Origin: Octopus sinensis
Lineage: Eukaryota
Direction: 5' to 3'
DNA length: 64,000 bases
NCBI RefSeq assembly: GCF_006345805.1
Contig: NC_043025.1
Span: forward strand, 11,160,001 to 11,224,000
The notes beneath the pieces were generated by a model. The model had not been told where the DNA came from and ran no database searches. It saw nothing but the letters and a program-made list of their open reading frames with translations. This document shows, in pieces, positions 11,427-22,789 of this stretch. The translations under genes and the position numbers were made by a program. The stretch's first letter is position 1. Every line of letters starts with the position of its first letter.

Positions 11427-12141
11427 TAATAGAAATATTAAAATTACTAAGTCTCTACAAAAGAGATTATGGCAGCGTTTACTGGAAATTAATTGCTATC
11501 GCCATATTAATATGGCATTCTTATAGATATAAGAATAATCGCTGCCATGGTCAGCTCCATGAGGCCACCGCCATCAAGATAGCTATTGATACACAATCTG
11601 TATCCATTATAACCTTCGAACAAGGGAGGTCAGCCGCTTCACACTGCCAGTCCGATAGCTACAGACATGTTTCGGGGTATTGCCCCTTGTCAATGTAGCG
11701 CAGTCAGACCCGCAGGTGTCACCACTGACGTCTCTGTTCGAAGGCTTATATTTACCTAGTTTCAGTAATTTTAATATTTCTATTATTGAAAACAAGTGGA
11801 TGTATTCCACTGAAACTAGGTAAATATAAGCCTTCGAACAGAGACGTCAGTGGTGACACCTGCGGGTCTGACTGCGCTACATTGACAAGGGGCAATACCC
11901 CGAAACGCCGGTAACTGTCGGACTGGCAGTGTGAAGCGGCTGACCTCCCTTGTTCGAAGGTTATAATGGATACAGATCATGTATCAATAGCTATCTTGAT
12001 GGCGGTGGCCTCATGGAGCTGACCATGGCAGCGATTATTCTTATATCTATAAGAATGCCATATTAATATGGCGATAACAATTAATTTCCAGTAAACGCTG
12101 CCATAATCTCTTTTATAGAGACTTAGCAATTTTAATATTTC

Positions 12142-12146
<5 letters not shown>
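11427..12146. mobile_element. Inverted dimer of a ~359-bp TA-flanked MITE (long foldback)
   Basis: 11427-11766 is the near-perfect reverse complement of 11809-12146. The terminal TIR TAATAGAAATATTAAAATTACT is also present inverted at 11764-11785. Confidence 0.9.
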
Positions 12147-12236
<90 letters not shown>

Positions 12237-12429
12237 AGTATACATAATGAACTCTCCCACCATTAGACACCGTATGAGGGTTTGAGAATTTCTTACCGAA
12301 CAACCACATTACTTTCAAATTTTTGCACAAGCCCAGCAATTTCACAGAGTGGGTAAGGCGATCACATAGACCCCAGTGTTCAACCCCATTAACTATATAT
12401 CTTGGGTTTTAGTAGGGCTAGCTACGTAC

Positions 12430-12465
12430 CGTGAAGTTCTTCTGTAAACTGGAACGCAATTCCAT
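12430..12465 (-). CDS. Fucosyltransferase-like gene, candidate start-codon exon
   Basis: MELRSSLQKNFT then donor CACG|GTACGT (phase 0), giving a short basic cytoplasmic tail before the TM. Upstream acceptor at 12489. An alternative start is the in-frame ATG at 7869. Confidence 0.5.
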
Positions 12466-12526
12466 TGGAAATTTCACCGGACAAATTTCTATGAACGAAA
12501 TAATAAAAATGATGATAATCATAATA

Positions 12527-12560
<34 letters not shown>

Positions 12561-12768
12561 CATTTTAAAAAAGGATTGCCATAACATTTCCCAAAGGTAA
12601 ACAGTCAAGACGAAGAGCGCAATTCAAGTGTAAGATATTCTATTAGTTGAAAGATATTTCGACAGTACGTCTGTCTTTGTCAAGTTCAAAATAAGAAGTG
12701 ATAAAAATTGAAAATTACAGAAATGACAGAACTTTTTATCACTTATAATAATAATAATAATAATAATA

Positions 12769-13175
12769 ATAGGCACAGGAGTGGCTGTGTGGTAAGTAGC
12801 TTGCTAACCAACCACATGGTTCCGGGTTCAGTCCCACTGCGTGGCATCTTGGGCAAGTGTCTTCTGCTATAGCCCTGGGCCGACCAATGCCTTGTGAGTG
12901 GATTTGGTAGACGGAAACTGAAAGAAGCCTGTCGTATATATATATATATATATACGTGTATGTGTGTTTGTGTGTCTGTTTTTGTCCCCCTAGCATTGCT
13001 TGACAACCGATGCCGGTGTGTTTACACCCCGTCACTTAGCGGTTCGGCAAAAGAGACCGATAGAATAAGTACTGGGCTTACAAAGAATAAGTCCCGGGGT
13101 CGAGTTGCTCGACTAAAGGCAGTGCTCCAGCATGGCCACAGTCAAATGACTGAAACAAGTAAAAGAGTAAAAGAG
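12769..13175 (+). mobile_element. SINE family 1 in (TAA)n
   Basis: Full-length, flanked by TAA repeats. Confidence 0.9.
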
Positions 13176-13209
13176 TAATAATAATAATAATAATAATAAT
13201 AGTAATCAT

Positions 13210-16200
13210 GGCGATCTTTCATCTCTAGTAGATCTTTCCGTCGATTTCCGTAAAAAATTTTTTTTTTTTACATATGGGCTTGCGGGAACTTTTGAAGTAA
13301 TATACATACATATACACATACACCGAGTAAAAAATTTCAGTTATCTCTCTCTTTCACACATTACTCTCTGTCTCTTCACACACACTAACAGAAGCACTTC
13401 ACTTACACAACATACTGTCTGTCTCCCACACCCCATCAAACACACACACACACACACACACACTACACACACACACACATGTACATCAATGCTCCCATGC
13501 ACGGTAACTTCAAAAGAACTTCCCTCGTCATACAATCGCTTTCTCTTAGTCTCTTTCGCTCTCATTACTTCAAAAGTTCCCGCAAGCCCATATGTAAAAA
13601 AAAACAATTTTCTTACGGAAATCGACGGAAAGGTCTACTAGAGACGAAAGATTGCCCATGCACGGTAACTTCAAAAGAACTTCCCTCGTCATACAATCGC
13701 TTTCTCTTAGTCTCTTTCGCTCTCATTACTTCAAAAGATCCCGCAAGCCCATATGTAAAAAAAAACAATTTTTTTACGGAAATCGACGGAAAGGTCTACT
13801 AGAGACGAAAGATTGCCCATGCACGGTAACTTCAAAAGAACTTCCCTCGTCATACAATGGCTTTCTCTTAGTCTCTTTCGCTCTCATTACTTCAAAAGTT
13901 CCCGCAAGCCCATATGTAAAAAAAAAACAATTTTCTTACGGAAATCGACGGAAAGGTCTACTAGAGACGAAAGATTGCCCATGCACGGTAACTTCAAAAG
14001 AACTTCCCTCGTCATACAATGGCTTTCTCTTAGTCTCTTTCGCTCTCATTACTTCAAAAGTTCCCGCAAGCCCATATGTAAAAAAAAACCAATTTTTTTC
14101 CGGAAATCGACAGAAGTTCTACTAGAGACGAAAGATTGCCCATGAACGGTAACTTCAAAAGAACTTCCCTCGTCATACAATCGCTTTCTCTTAGTCTCTT
14201 TCGCTCTCATTACTTCAAAAGTTCCCGCAAGCCTATGTAAAAAAAACAATTTTCTTACGGAAATCGACGGAAAGGTCTACTAGAGACGAAAGATTGCCCA
14301 TGCACGGTAACTTCAAGAACTTCCCTCGTCATACAATCGCTTTCTCTTAGTCTCTTTCGCTCTCATTACTTCAAAAGTTCCCGGCAAGCCATATGTAAAA
14401 AAAAACAATTTTTTTACGGAAATCGACAGAAAGGTCTACTAGAGACTAAAGATTGCCCATGCACGGTAACTTAACCAAAAGAACTTCCCTCGTCATACAA
14501 TCGCTTTCTCTTAGTCTCTTTCGCTCTCATTACTTATACTTTTCAAAAGTTCCCGCAAGCCCATATGTAAAAAAAAACAATTTTCTTACGGAAATCGACG
14601 GAAAGGTCTACTAGAGACGAAAGATTGCCCATCACACGGTAACTTCAAAAGAACTTCCTCGTCATACAATCGCTTTCTCTTAGTCTCTTTCGCGCTCTTC
14701 ATTACTTCAAAAGTTCCCGCAAGCCCATATGTAAAAAAAACACATTTTTTACGGAAATCGACAGAAAGGTCTACTAGAGACGAATGATTGCCATGCCACG
14801 GTAACTTCAAAAGAACTCCCTCGTCATACAATCGCTTTCTCTTAGTCTCTTTCGCTCTCATTACTTCAAAAGTTCCCGCAAGCCCATATGTAAAAAAAAC
14901 CAATTTTTTTACGGAAATCGACAGAAAGGTCTACTAGAGACGAAAGATTGCCCATGCACGGTAACTTCAAAAGAACTTCCCTCGTCATACAATGGCTTTC
15001 TCTTAGTCTCTTTCGCTCTCATTACTTCAAAAGTTCCCGCAAGCCCATATGTAAAAAAAAACAATTTTCTTACGGAAATCGACGGAAAGGTCTACTAGAG
15101 ACGAAAGATTGCCCATGCACGGTAACTTCAAAAGAACTTCCCTCGTCATACAATCGCTTTCTCTTAGTCTCTTTCGCTCTCATTACTTCAAAAGTTCCCG
15201 CAAGCCCATATGTAAAAAAAAACAAAATTTTCTTACGGAAATCGACGGAAAGGTCTACTAGAGACGAAAGATTGCCATGCACGGTAACTTCAAAAGAACT
15301 TCCCTCGTCATACAATCGCTTCTCTTAGTCTCTTTCGCTCTATTACTTCAAAAGTTCCTGCAAGCCCATATGTAAAAAAAAAACAATTTTTTACGGAAAT
15401 CGACGAAAGGTCTACTAGAGACGAAAGATTGCCATGCACGGTAACTTCAAAAGAACTTCCCTCATCATACAATGCTTTCTCTTAGTCTCTTTCGCTCTCA
15501 TTACTTCAAAAGTTCCTTGCAAGCCCATATGTAAAAAAAACAATTTTCTTACGGAAATCGACGGAAAGGTCTACTAGAGACGAAAGATTGCCCATGCACG
15601 GTAACTTCAAAAGAACTTCCTCGTCATACAATCGCTTTCTCTTAGTCTCTTTCACTCTCATTACTTCAAAGTTCCTGCAAGCCCATATGTAAAAAAAAAC
15701 AATTTTTTTACGGAAATCGACGGAAAGGTCTACTAGAGACGAAAGATTGCCCATGCACGGTAACTTCAAAAGAACTTCCCTCATCATACAATGGCTTTCT
15801 CTTAGTCTCTTTCGCTCTCATTACTTCAAAAGTTCCTGCAAGCCCATATGTAAAAAAAAACAATTTTTTTACGGAAATCGACGGAAAGGTCTACTAGAGA
15901 CGAAAGATTGCCCATGCACGGTAACTTCAAAAGAACTTCCCTCGTCATACAATCGCTTTCTCTTAGTCTCTTTCGCTCTCATTACTTCAAAAGTTCTTGC
16001 AAGCCCATATGTAAAAAAAAACAATTTTCTTACGGAAATCGACGGAAAGGTCTACTAGAGACGAAAGATTGCCCATGCACGGTAACTTCAAAAGAACTTC
16101 CCTCATCATACAATCGCTTTCTCTTAGTCTCTTTCGCTCTCATTACTTCAAAAGTTCCTGCAAGCCCATATGTAAAAAAAAACAATTTTCTTACGGAAAT

Positions 16201-16395
16201 CGACGGAAAGGTCTACTAGAGACGAAAGATTGCCCATGCACGGTAACTTCAAAAGAACTTCCCTCATCATACAATCGCTTTCTCTTAGTCTCTTTCGCTC
16301 TCATTACTTCAAAAGTTCCTGCAAGCCCATATGTAAAAAAAAACAATTTTCTTACGGAAATCGACGGAAAGGTCTACTAGAGACGAAAGATCGCC
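13210..16395. mobile_element. Non-autonomous Merlin-like element containing a 161-bp satellite
   Basis: Termini GGCGATCTTTC...GAAAGATCGCC. The left ~92 bp is the reverse complement of the array end. Flanks GTAATCAT / GTAATAAT (8-bp TSD, 1 mismatch). Confidence 0.8.
13495..16391. repeat. Tandem satellite, ~18 x 161 bp
   Basis: Unit TTGCCCATGCACGGTAACTTCAAAAGAAC...GGTCTACTAGAGACGAAAGA recurs every ~161 bp (e.g. 15747, 15908, 16069, 16230). Confidence 0.97.
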
Positions 16396-16630
16396 GTAAT
16401 AATGATGCTGGAAGTACAAGACCTCGAATTTGGGGGAAGTGATTAGGTTGATTACATCGATCCCAGTGCGTAACTGGTACTTATTTAATCAGCCTCGTGC
16501 ATATGAAAGCACTTGTCACAAACGAAACAAAACTATGATGAAAGAGAAATTAACAATGCATAAGTGCAGAAACGCCACAAATAAATTATGCAAGGAGACA
16601 AATCTGTCGACGGAAAAAATTAAGGCGAAT

Positions 16631-17399
16631 GGAAGCACTCCGTCGGTTACAACGACAAGGGTTCCGGTTGATCCGAATCAACGGAACAGCCTGCTCGTGA
16701 AATTAATGTGTAAGTGGCTGAGCACTCCACAGACACGTGTACCCTTAACGTAGTTCTCGGGGATGTTCAGCGTGACACAGAGAGTGACAAGGCCGGCCCT
16801 TTGAAATACAGGTACAAAAATTGTCGAAGGGTCTTTCTTGGGCTTCAAAGTAAGGGATAAGAGAAAATATGACGTGGACGAACATAAGGTTTGGTGTCAG
16901 CAAGAGCACCCAGGTATATATGATATTAACAATATCATATACCTAGGATATCCAGGCCTATGATAAACATCACTTCTTTGAGTTTGAAGACCTTTAGGAA
17001 GAATGGCATTCCCTCAAGAGGCTATGGATGGTTACGACGACGAGGGTTCCGGTTGATCCGATCAACGGAACAGCCTACTCGTGAAATTAACGTGTAAGTG
17101 GCTGAGCACTCCACAGACACGTGTACCCCTAACGTAGTTCTCGGGGATGTTCAGCGTGACACAGAGAGTGACAAGGCCGGCCCCTTTGAAATACAGGTAC
17201 AACAGAAACAGGAAGAAAGAGTGAGAGAGAGTTGTGGTGAAAGAGTACAGCAGGGATCACCACCATCCCCTGCCGGAGCGTCGTGGAGCTTTAGGTGTTT
17301 TTGCTCAATAAACACTCACAACGCCCGGTCTGGGAATTGAAACCGCAATCCTATGACTGCGAGTCCGCTGCCCTAACCACTGGGCCATTGCGCCTCTCC
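16631..17399 (-). mobile_element. Composite SINE, copy 2
   Basis: Same architecture, insert 16817-17029. TSD AAGGCGAAT. Confidence 0.88.
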
Positions 17400-17504
17400 A
17401 AGGCGAATACAGGTCTGTGTACCCTTAACGTAGTTCTCGGGGATATTCAGCGTAACACAGAGAGTGACAAGGCCGCCCTTTGAAATACAGTACAACAGAA
17501 ACGG

Positions 17505-17604
17505 NNNNNNNNNNNNNNNNNNNNNNNNNNNNNNNNNNNNNNNNNNNNNNNNNNNNNNNNNNNNNNNNNNNNNNNNNNNNNNNNNNNNNNNNNNNNNNNN
17601 NNNN
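17505..17604. other. Scaffold gap (100 N)
   Basis: Run of N flanked by two different SINE fragments. Confidence 1.
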
Positions 17605-17805
17605 AATTTGCTCGACTAAAGGCAGTGCTCCAGCATGGCCGCAGTCAAATGACTGAAACAAGTAAAAGAGAGTAAAGAGTATATTGAACACACCTACACA
17701 AGGTGTTTTACCAGTTCGCGGCCAGGCTGCAGTTTGTAGGCAAAAACTAATAAATTCTCATCAATTCACCTGGTTTTAAAATAACTGAAAGTCATAATTC
17801 GCATC

Positions 17806-18383
17806 TCTTTTACTCTTTTACTTGTTTCAGTCATTTAACTGTGGCCATGCTGGAGCACCGCCTTTTAGTCAAGCAAATCGACTCCGGGACTTATTCTTCG
17901 TAAGCCTAGTTCTTATTCTATCGGTCTCTTTTGCCGAACCGCTAAGTTACGGGGGGGGTGCGTAAACACACCAGCATCGGTTGTCAAGCGATGTTGGGGA
18001 GACAAACATATACACAGACGTGCATACATATATACAATGGGCTTCTTTCAGTTTCCTTCTACCAAATCCACTCACAAGGCTTTGGTCGACCCGAGGCTAC
18101 AGTAGAAGACACTTGCCCAAGGTGCCATGCAGTGGGACTGAACCTGGAACCATGTGGTTGGTAAGCAAGCTACTCACCACACAGCCACTCCTACGCCTAT
18201 ATATATATATATATACGCATACGACGGGCTTCTTTCAGTTTCTGTCTACCAAATCCACTCACAAGGCTTTGGTCGGCCCGAGGCTATAGCAGAAGACACT
18301 TGCCCAAGGTGCCACGCAGTGGGACTGAACCCGGGACCATGTGGTTGGTAAGCAAGCTACTTACCACACAGCCACTCCTGCGC
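17806..18383 (-). mobile_element. SINE family 1, full copy plus 5' half
   Basis: Matches family consensus. Confidence 0.88.
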
Positions 18384-18511
18384 ATCAGGTCTTGTTATGT
18401 GAGCAAATGATGATGATGACGATGATGATGATGATGAAGATGGTGATATGGGCAAGGTTACAACATTACCCCACAAACATATATATTGCCATGTAAAGGT
18501 GCTTTACTCAC

Positions 18512-18580
18512 CCACATCCAGGATGAAGCGAATGAGAATACACCTGCCGTGCTTCATTGGGATAATTTACAACAAAATAC
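18512..18580 (-). CDS. ELMOD2: ELMOD1/2-like coding exon 5
   Basis: Acceptor ttattttcag, donor |gtgagt, 69 nt. Encodes YFVVNYPNEARQVYSHSLHPGC(G), cf. YFSENYTSEAHQILSRSNHPKLG. Downstream exons not found. Confidence 0.9.
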
Positions 18581-18709
18581 CTGAAAATAATAATAATAAT
18601 AATAATAGTAATAGTAGTAGTAGTAAAGTAGTAGAAATTGTAGTAGTAGTAGTAGTAGTAGTAGTAATAATAGAAGAAGTATTAGTAGTAGTAGTAGTAG
18701 AAGAAGTAT

Positions 18710-18745
<36 letters not shown>

Positions 18746-18927
18746 AAGAAGTATTAGTAGTAGTAGTAGTAGTAGAAGAAGAAGAAGTATTAGTAGTAGT
18801 CGTAGTAGTAGTAGTAGTAGAAGAAGTATTAGTAGTAGTCGTAGTAGTAGTAGTGTAGAAGAAGAAGTATTAGTAGTAGTCGCAGTAGTAGTAGTAGTAG
18901 TAGAAATAATAATAATAATAATAATTA

Positions 18928-19766
18928 GTTTGTTTATTGGCCACAAGGGCTAACAAAAATCAGTTAAAACATAAAGGGACAAAACGGAGGACGAAAATTA
19001 CAAAGGGTTTTGTCCGTTTGTAAAAGGTCCGTGTACAAAAGCAGGATGACAACAAAATATAAGTAACAATTAAAACTCCCAAGAGGGGGAGGCGCTTCGA
19101 AAGGGTTACTAGTGAGAAAACCCATAAAAGCCACGGGAGCCTGGTCAAAAGGGGGGGTAGAGAGCCCCTTTCTCCTTTTATAATACTTTTTTATACTACA
19201 TAATATCTAACCCATAAAAGCCATGGGAGCCTGGTCAAAAGGGGGGTAGAGAGCCCCTTTCTCCTTTTATAATATTTTTTTATACTACATAATATCTAAC
19301 CCATAAAAGCCACGGGAGCCTGGTCAAAAGGGGGGTAGAGAGCCCCTTTCTCCTTTTATAATACTTTTTATACTACATAATATCTAACCCATAAAAGCCA
19401 CGGGAGCCTGGTCAAAAGGGGGGTAGAGAGCCCCTTTCTCCTTTTATATTACCTTTTTTTTTTTAGAGGTGTATCCTCAGAATTGGTCCATTCATACTGG
19501 CCATTCTTGCGACATTCACCCACCTTTCAATAAACTTGCTACCAGACATCACTTCCCTCTCTACTCTCATCTTCCTTTTCAAGTGAAACTTGAAAAAGTT
19601 GATGAGGCCTTGGCCAAAGAGGAAAGTGTCTGACCTTAGCCCTTTCAAACGGGTTCACCATATCACCTTTTTTGCTACAGCCACTAGGCAAAGGAAAACT
19701 GCCTTGCCCTCCCGGTTAAAGGAGGTCGGCAGGGCAATCCTCACTATGGATTCAGCTGATAGTCGG
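18928..19766 (-). mobile_element. Tx1/L1-like LINE 3' end with ~89-bp x 4 tandem repeat in the 3' UTR
   Basis: ...FLCLVAVAKKVIW*TRLKG...KFIERWVNVARM...*, then 3' UTR ending AATAAA + (TTA)n. Confidence 0.65.
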
Positions 19767-19856
19767 ATCATAATAATAATGATAAGATGCAGTACCAGAC
19801 AGTGGCTCTAGTATAATTAAGATTTAGTACACTGTCTCCCCTTCCACTGCCCTGTT

Positions 19857-20238
19857 GGAAGCACTCCATCGGTTACTACGACGAGGGTTCCGGTTGATCC
19901 GATCAACGGAACAGCCTGCTCGTGAAATTAACGTGTAAGTGGCTGAGCACTCCACAGACACGTGTACCCTTAACGTAGTTCTCGGGGATATTCAGCGTGA
20001 CACAGAGAGTGACAAGGCCGGCCCTTTGAAATACAGGTACAACAGAAACAGGAAGTAAGAGTGAGAGAAAGTTGTGGTGAAAGAGTACAGCAGGGATCAC
20101 CACCATCCCCTGCCAGAGCCTCGTGGAGCTTTAGGTGTTTTCGCTCAATAAACACTCACAACGCCCGGTCTGGGAATCGAAACCGCGATCCTATGACCGC
20201 GAGTCCGCTGCCCTAACCACTGGGCCATTGTGCCTCCA
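19857..20238 (-). mobile_element. Monomeric tRNA(Arg-like)-derived SINE
   Basis: Head TGGAGGCACAATGGCCCAGTGGTTAGG...GGTTTCGATTCC (A/B boxes), 12-bp TSD CACTGCCCTGTT. Confidence 0.92.
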
Positions 20239-20446
20239 CACTGCCCTGTTACAACAGAGGAGATAACTCATATGGTGACATAATGCAGCTACAGTGCGCT
20301 AAAGGTCAATATTAGGCTCCAGGCCACAAATTTGGGGGGATGAATTTGTTGACCCAGTACCTGACTGATTGGGAACTTGGGGGCAGAGAAGGGGAGAAAG
20401 AATGAGGGGGATGGGGAGAAACGGGGGAAGATTTAAATATACATAC

Positions 20447-20580
20447 CAGAGTTGTGTGAGGCCCAGCATACCCATACCTCTGAGATCTGTACAGGGTTGG
20501 TTGCCTTGGAAACCAATGTCGACCCATTGCTTACTCTTGAGACCAGTAAGATGGACATCTGGCTGCAAGATGTTCCAGAT
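20447..20580 (-). CDS. ELMOD2: ELMOD1/2-like coding exon 4 (GAP signature)
   Basis: Acceptor tttctgccag, donor |gtatgt, 134 nt. Encodes IWNILQPDVHLTGLKSKQWVDIGFQGNQPCTDLRGMGMLGLTQL(W), the ELMO-domain W-x2-IGFQG-x2-P-x-TD-x-RGMG motif with its Arg intact. Confidence 0.95.
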
Positions 20581-21699
20581 CTGGCAGAAACAGAAAGAAG
20601 AAAACGAATGCTGAGATTGAGTATGTATGTGTGTGTGTGTGAGTAATTGTGTGTATGCGGGGGTGAGCGAGTGTGAGTGAGTGTGTATAGTGTGTGCGTG
20701 AGCAATTGTGGTTTATTGGGGTGGCGTGTGTGTGTATGTGTGAGTGAGTATGTGTGTGTGAGCATTGTGTGTATGTGGGGTGAGCGAGTGTGTGTGTAGT
20801 GTGAGTGAGTGTATAGTGGGTGTGTGAGCATTGTGTGTATGGGGTGGGGTGTGAGTGTATGTGTGTGGTGTATGTGTGTGTGACAATTGTGTATGTGGGG
20901 TAGCGAGTGTGTGTGTGAGCAATTGTGTGTATGTGGGGGTGAGCGAGTGTGTGTGTATGTGTGAGTGAGTGTATAGTGTGTGTGTGAGCAATTGTGTGTA
21001 TGTGGGGGTGAGCGAGTGTGTGTGTATGTGTGAGTGAGTGTATAGTGTGTGTGTGAGCAATTGTGTGTATGTGGGGGTGAGCGAGTGTGTGTGTATGTGA
21101 GCATTGTGTGTATGGGGGTGAGCGATTGTGTGTATGTGTGATGAGTGTATAAGTGTGGGTGTGGAAATTGTGTGTATGTGGGGTGAGCGATTTGTGTGTA
21201 TTGTAGTGAGTGTATAGTGTGTGTGTGAGCAATTGTGTGTATGTGGGGGTGAGCGAGTGTGTGTGTATGTGTGAGTGAGTGTGTATAGTGTGTGTGTATA
21301 GTGTGTGTGTGAGCAATTGTGTGTATGTGGGGGTGAGCGAGTGTGTGTGTACGTGTGAGTGAGTGTGTATAGTGTGTGTGTGAGCAATTGTGTGTATGCG
21401 TATGCATGTAGGGAGCACCAAAGATCATGAGAAATACAAAAACAAATGTAGCCAGAAGTTGTAACTTTTGGCACATATACCTACATATACACATATATAC
21501 GTTATGGCGTTAGGAAGGGCATCCAGCCGTAGAAACATTGCCAGATCAAACTGGGCCTGGTGCAGCCTTCTGGCTTCCCAGACCCCAGTTGAACCGTCCA
21601 ACCCATGCTAGCATGGAAAGCAGACGCTAAACAATGATGATGATGATATATATACACACACACATCACATAAACATTTATATATACATACACACATATA

Positions 21700-22142
21700 T
21701 ATATATTTTTTTATTGCCCACAAGGGGCTAAACATAGAGAGGACGAACAAGGACAGACAAAGGCATTAAGTCAATTACATCGACCCCAGTGCAAAACTGG
21801 TACTTTTATTTATCGACCCCGAAAGGATGAAAGGCAAAGTCAACCTCAGCGGAATTTGAACTCAGAACGTAACGACAGACGAAATACCGCTAAGCAATTC
21901 GCCCGGCGTGCTAACAATTCTACCAGCTGCCGCTAACGTGTCTGCCAGCTCGCACACACACATATATATATATACCTATGCACATATACATCTACAATAA
22001 GGCGGCGAGCTGGCAGAATTGTTAGCACACCGGATGAAATGCTTAGCGGTATTTCGTCTGCCGCTACGTTCTGAGTTCAAATTCCGCCGAGGTCGACTTT
22101 GCCTTTCATCCTTTCGGGGTCGATAAATTAAGTACCAGTTAA
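21700..22142. mobile_element. Two SINE family 3 copies (head GGCGGCGAGCTGGCAGAA), opposite orientations
   Basis: Conserved core GCCGAGGTCGACTTTGCCTTTCATCCTTTCGGGGTCGATAAA. Confidence 0.85.
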
Positions 22143-22205
22143 TTGGCGTGGCAATATTTACGATAGACTTGGCTAACAAACTATAATGAGATAAGTGGGT
22201 CGTAC

Positions 22206-22335
22206 CTGATACAAATAGCTTTCGTAGTCTGACAGTTTGTCCGTGTGTTGCTGACGTCGGATGACTTCAACCGTATTGATGAGATGATTGTAACCAATAA
22301 TCTGGGACATTCTCAGAGTTAACTCAGCACAGAGC
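22206..22335 (-). CDS. ELMOD2: ELMOD1/2-like coding exon 3
   Basis: Acceptor ttctgccag, donor |gtacga, 130 nt, phase 2 to 0. Encodes LCAELTLRMSQIIGYNHLINTVEVIRRQQHTDKLSDYESYLYQ, cf. QITGYKQLYLDVESVRK. Confidence 0.9.
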
Positions 22336-22789
22336 CTGGCAGAATAATAATAATAATAATAATGATAATAATAATGATGATAATAATAATAATAATAATG
22401 ATGATGATGATAATAATAATAATAATAATAATAGTAATGATGATGATAATAATAATAATAATGATAATAATAATAATAATGATAATAATAATGATAATGA
22501 TAATAATAATGATAATAATAATGATAATGATAATAACTTCACATTTTTGTCTCAAGGGCAGCTTGGGGGAGGTGGGAATGAGTCGATTACATTGTCCCCA
22601 GTTTTCAACTGGTACTTACTTTGTTGACCCAGAAAGGATGAAAGGAAAAGTCGACCTCGACAGAATTTGAACTCAGAATATAGCGATGGGCGAAATACTC
22701 CTAAGCATTTCGTCCAGTGTGCTAACAACTCTGCCAGCTTGCCGTCTTCAATAATAATAATGATAAAAAAAGAGAAACAATTCTTAATA

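Noticed and set aside
13479-16442. Series of 70-157-aa ORFs (MPMHGNFKRTSL...)
   Set aside because: Products of the 161-bp satellite, frame-shifting each unit with no protein homology.
16520-16610. Hydrophobic minus-strand frame after an acceptor-like ...cgacag, a candidate TM exon
   Set aside because: No good donor and a stop follows. The 7747-7860 exon explains the TM better.
20160-20238. tRNA-Arg-like sequence (also at about 2430-2507, 17320-17399, 48995-49070)
   Set aside because: These are SINE heads continuous with SINE bodies and TSDs, not tRNA genes.
20312-20360. Apparent next ELMOD exon (YWVNKF...) after an 86-bp intron
   Set aside because: It hits a stop after 16 codons. The exon at 18512-18580 matches the family far better in length and sequence.
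20433-21494. 250-350-aa His/Thr-rich ORFs
   Set aside because: (CA/TG)-rich intronic minisatellite. The only real coding part is ELMOD exon 4 in another frame.
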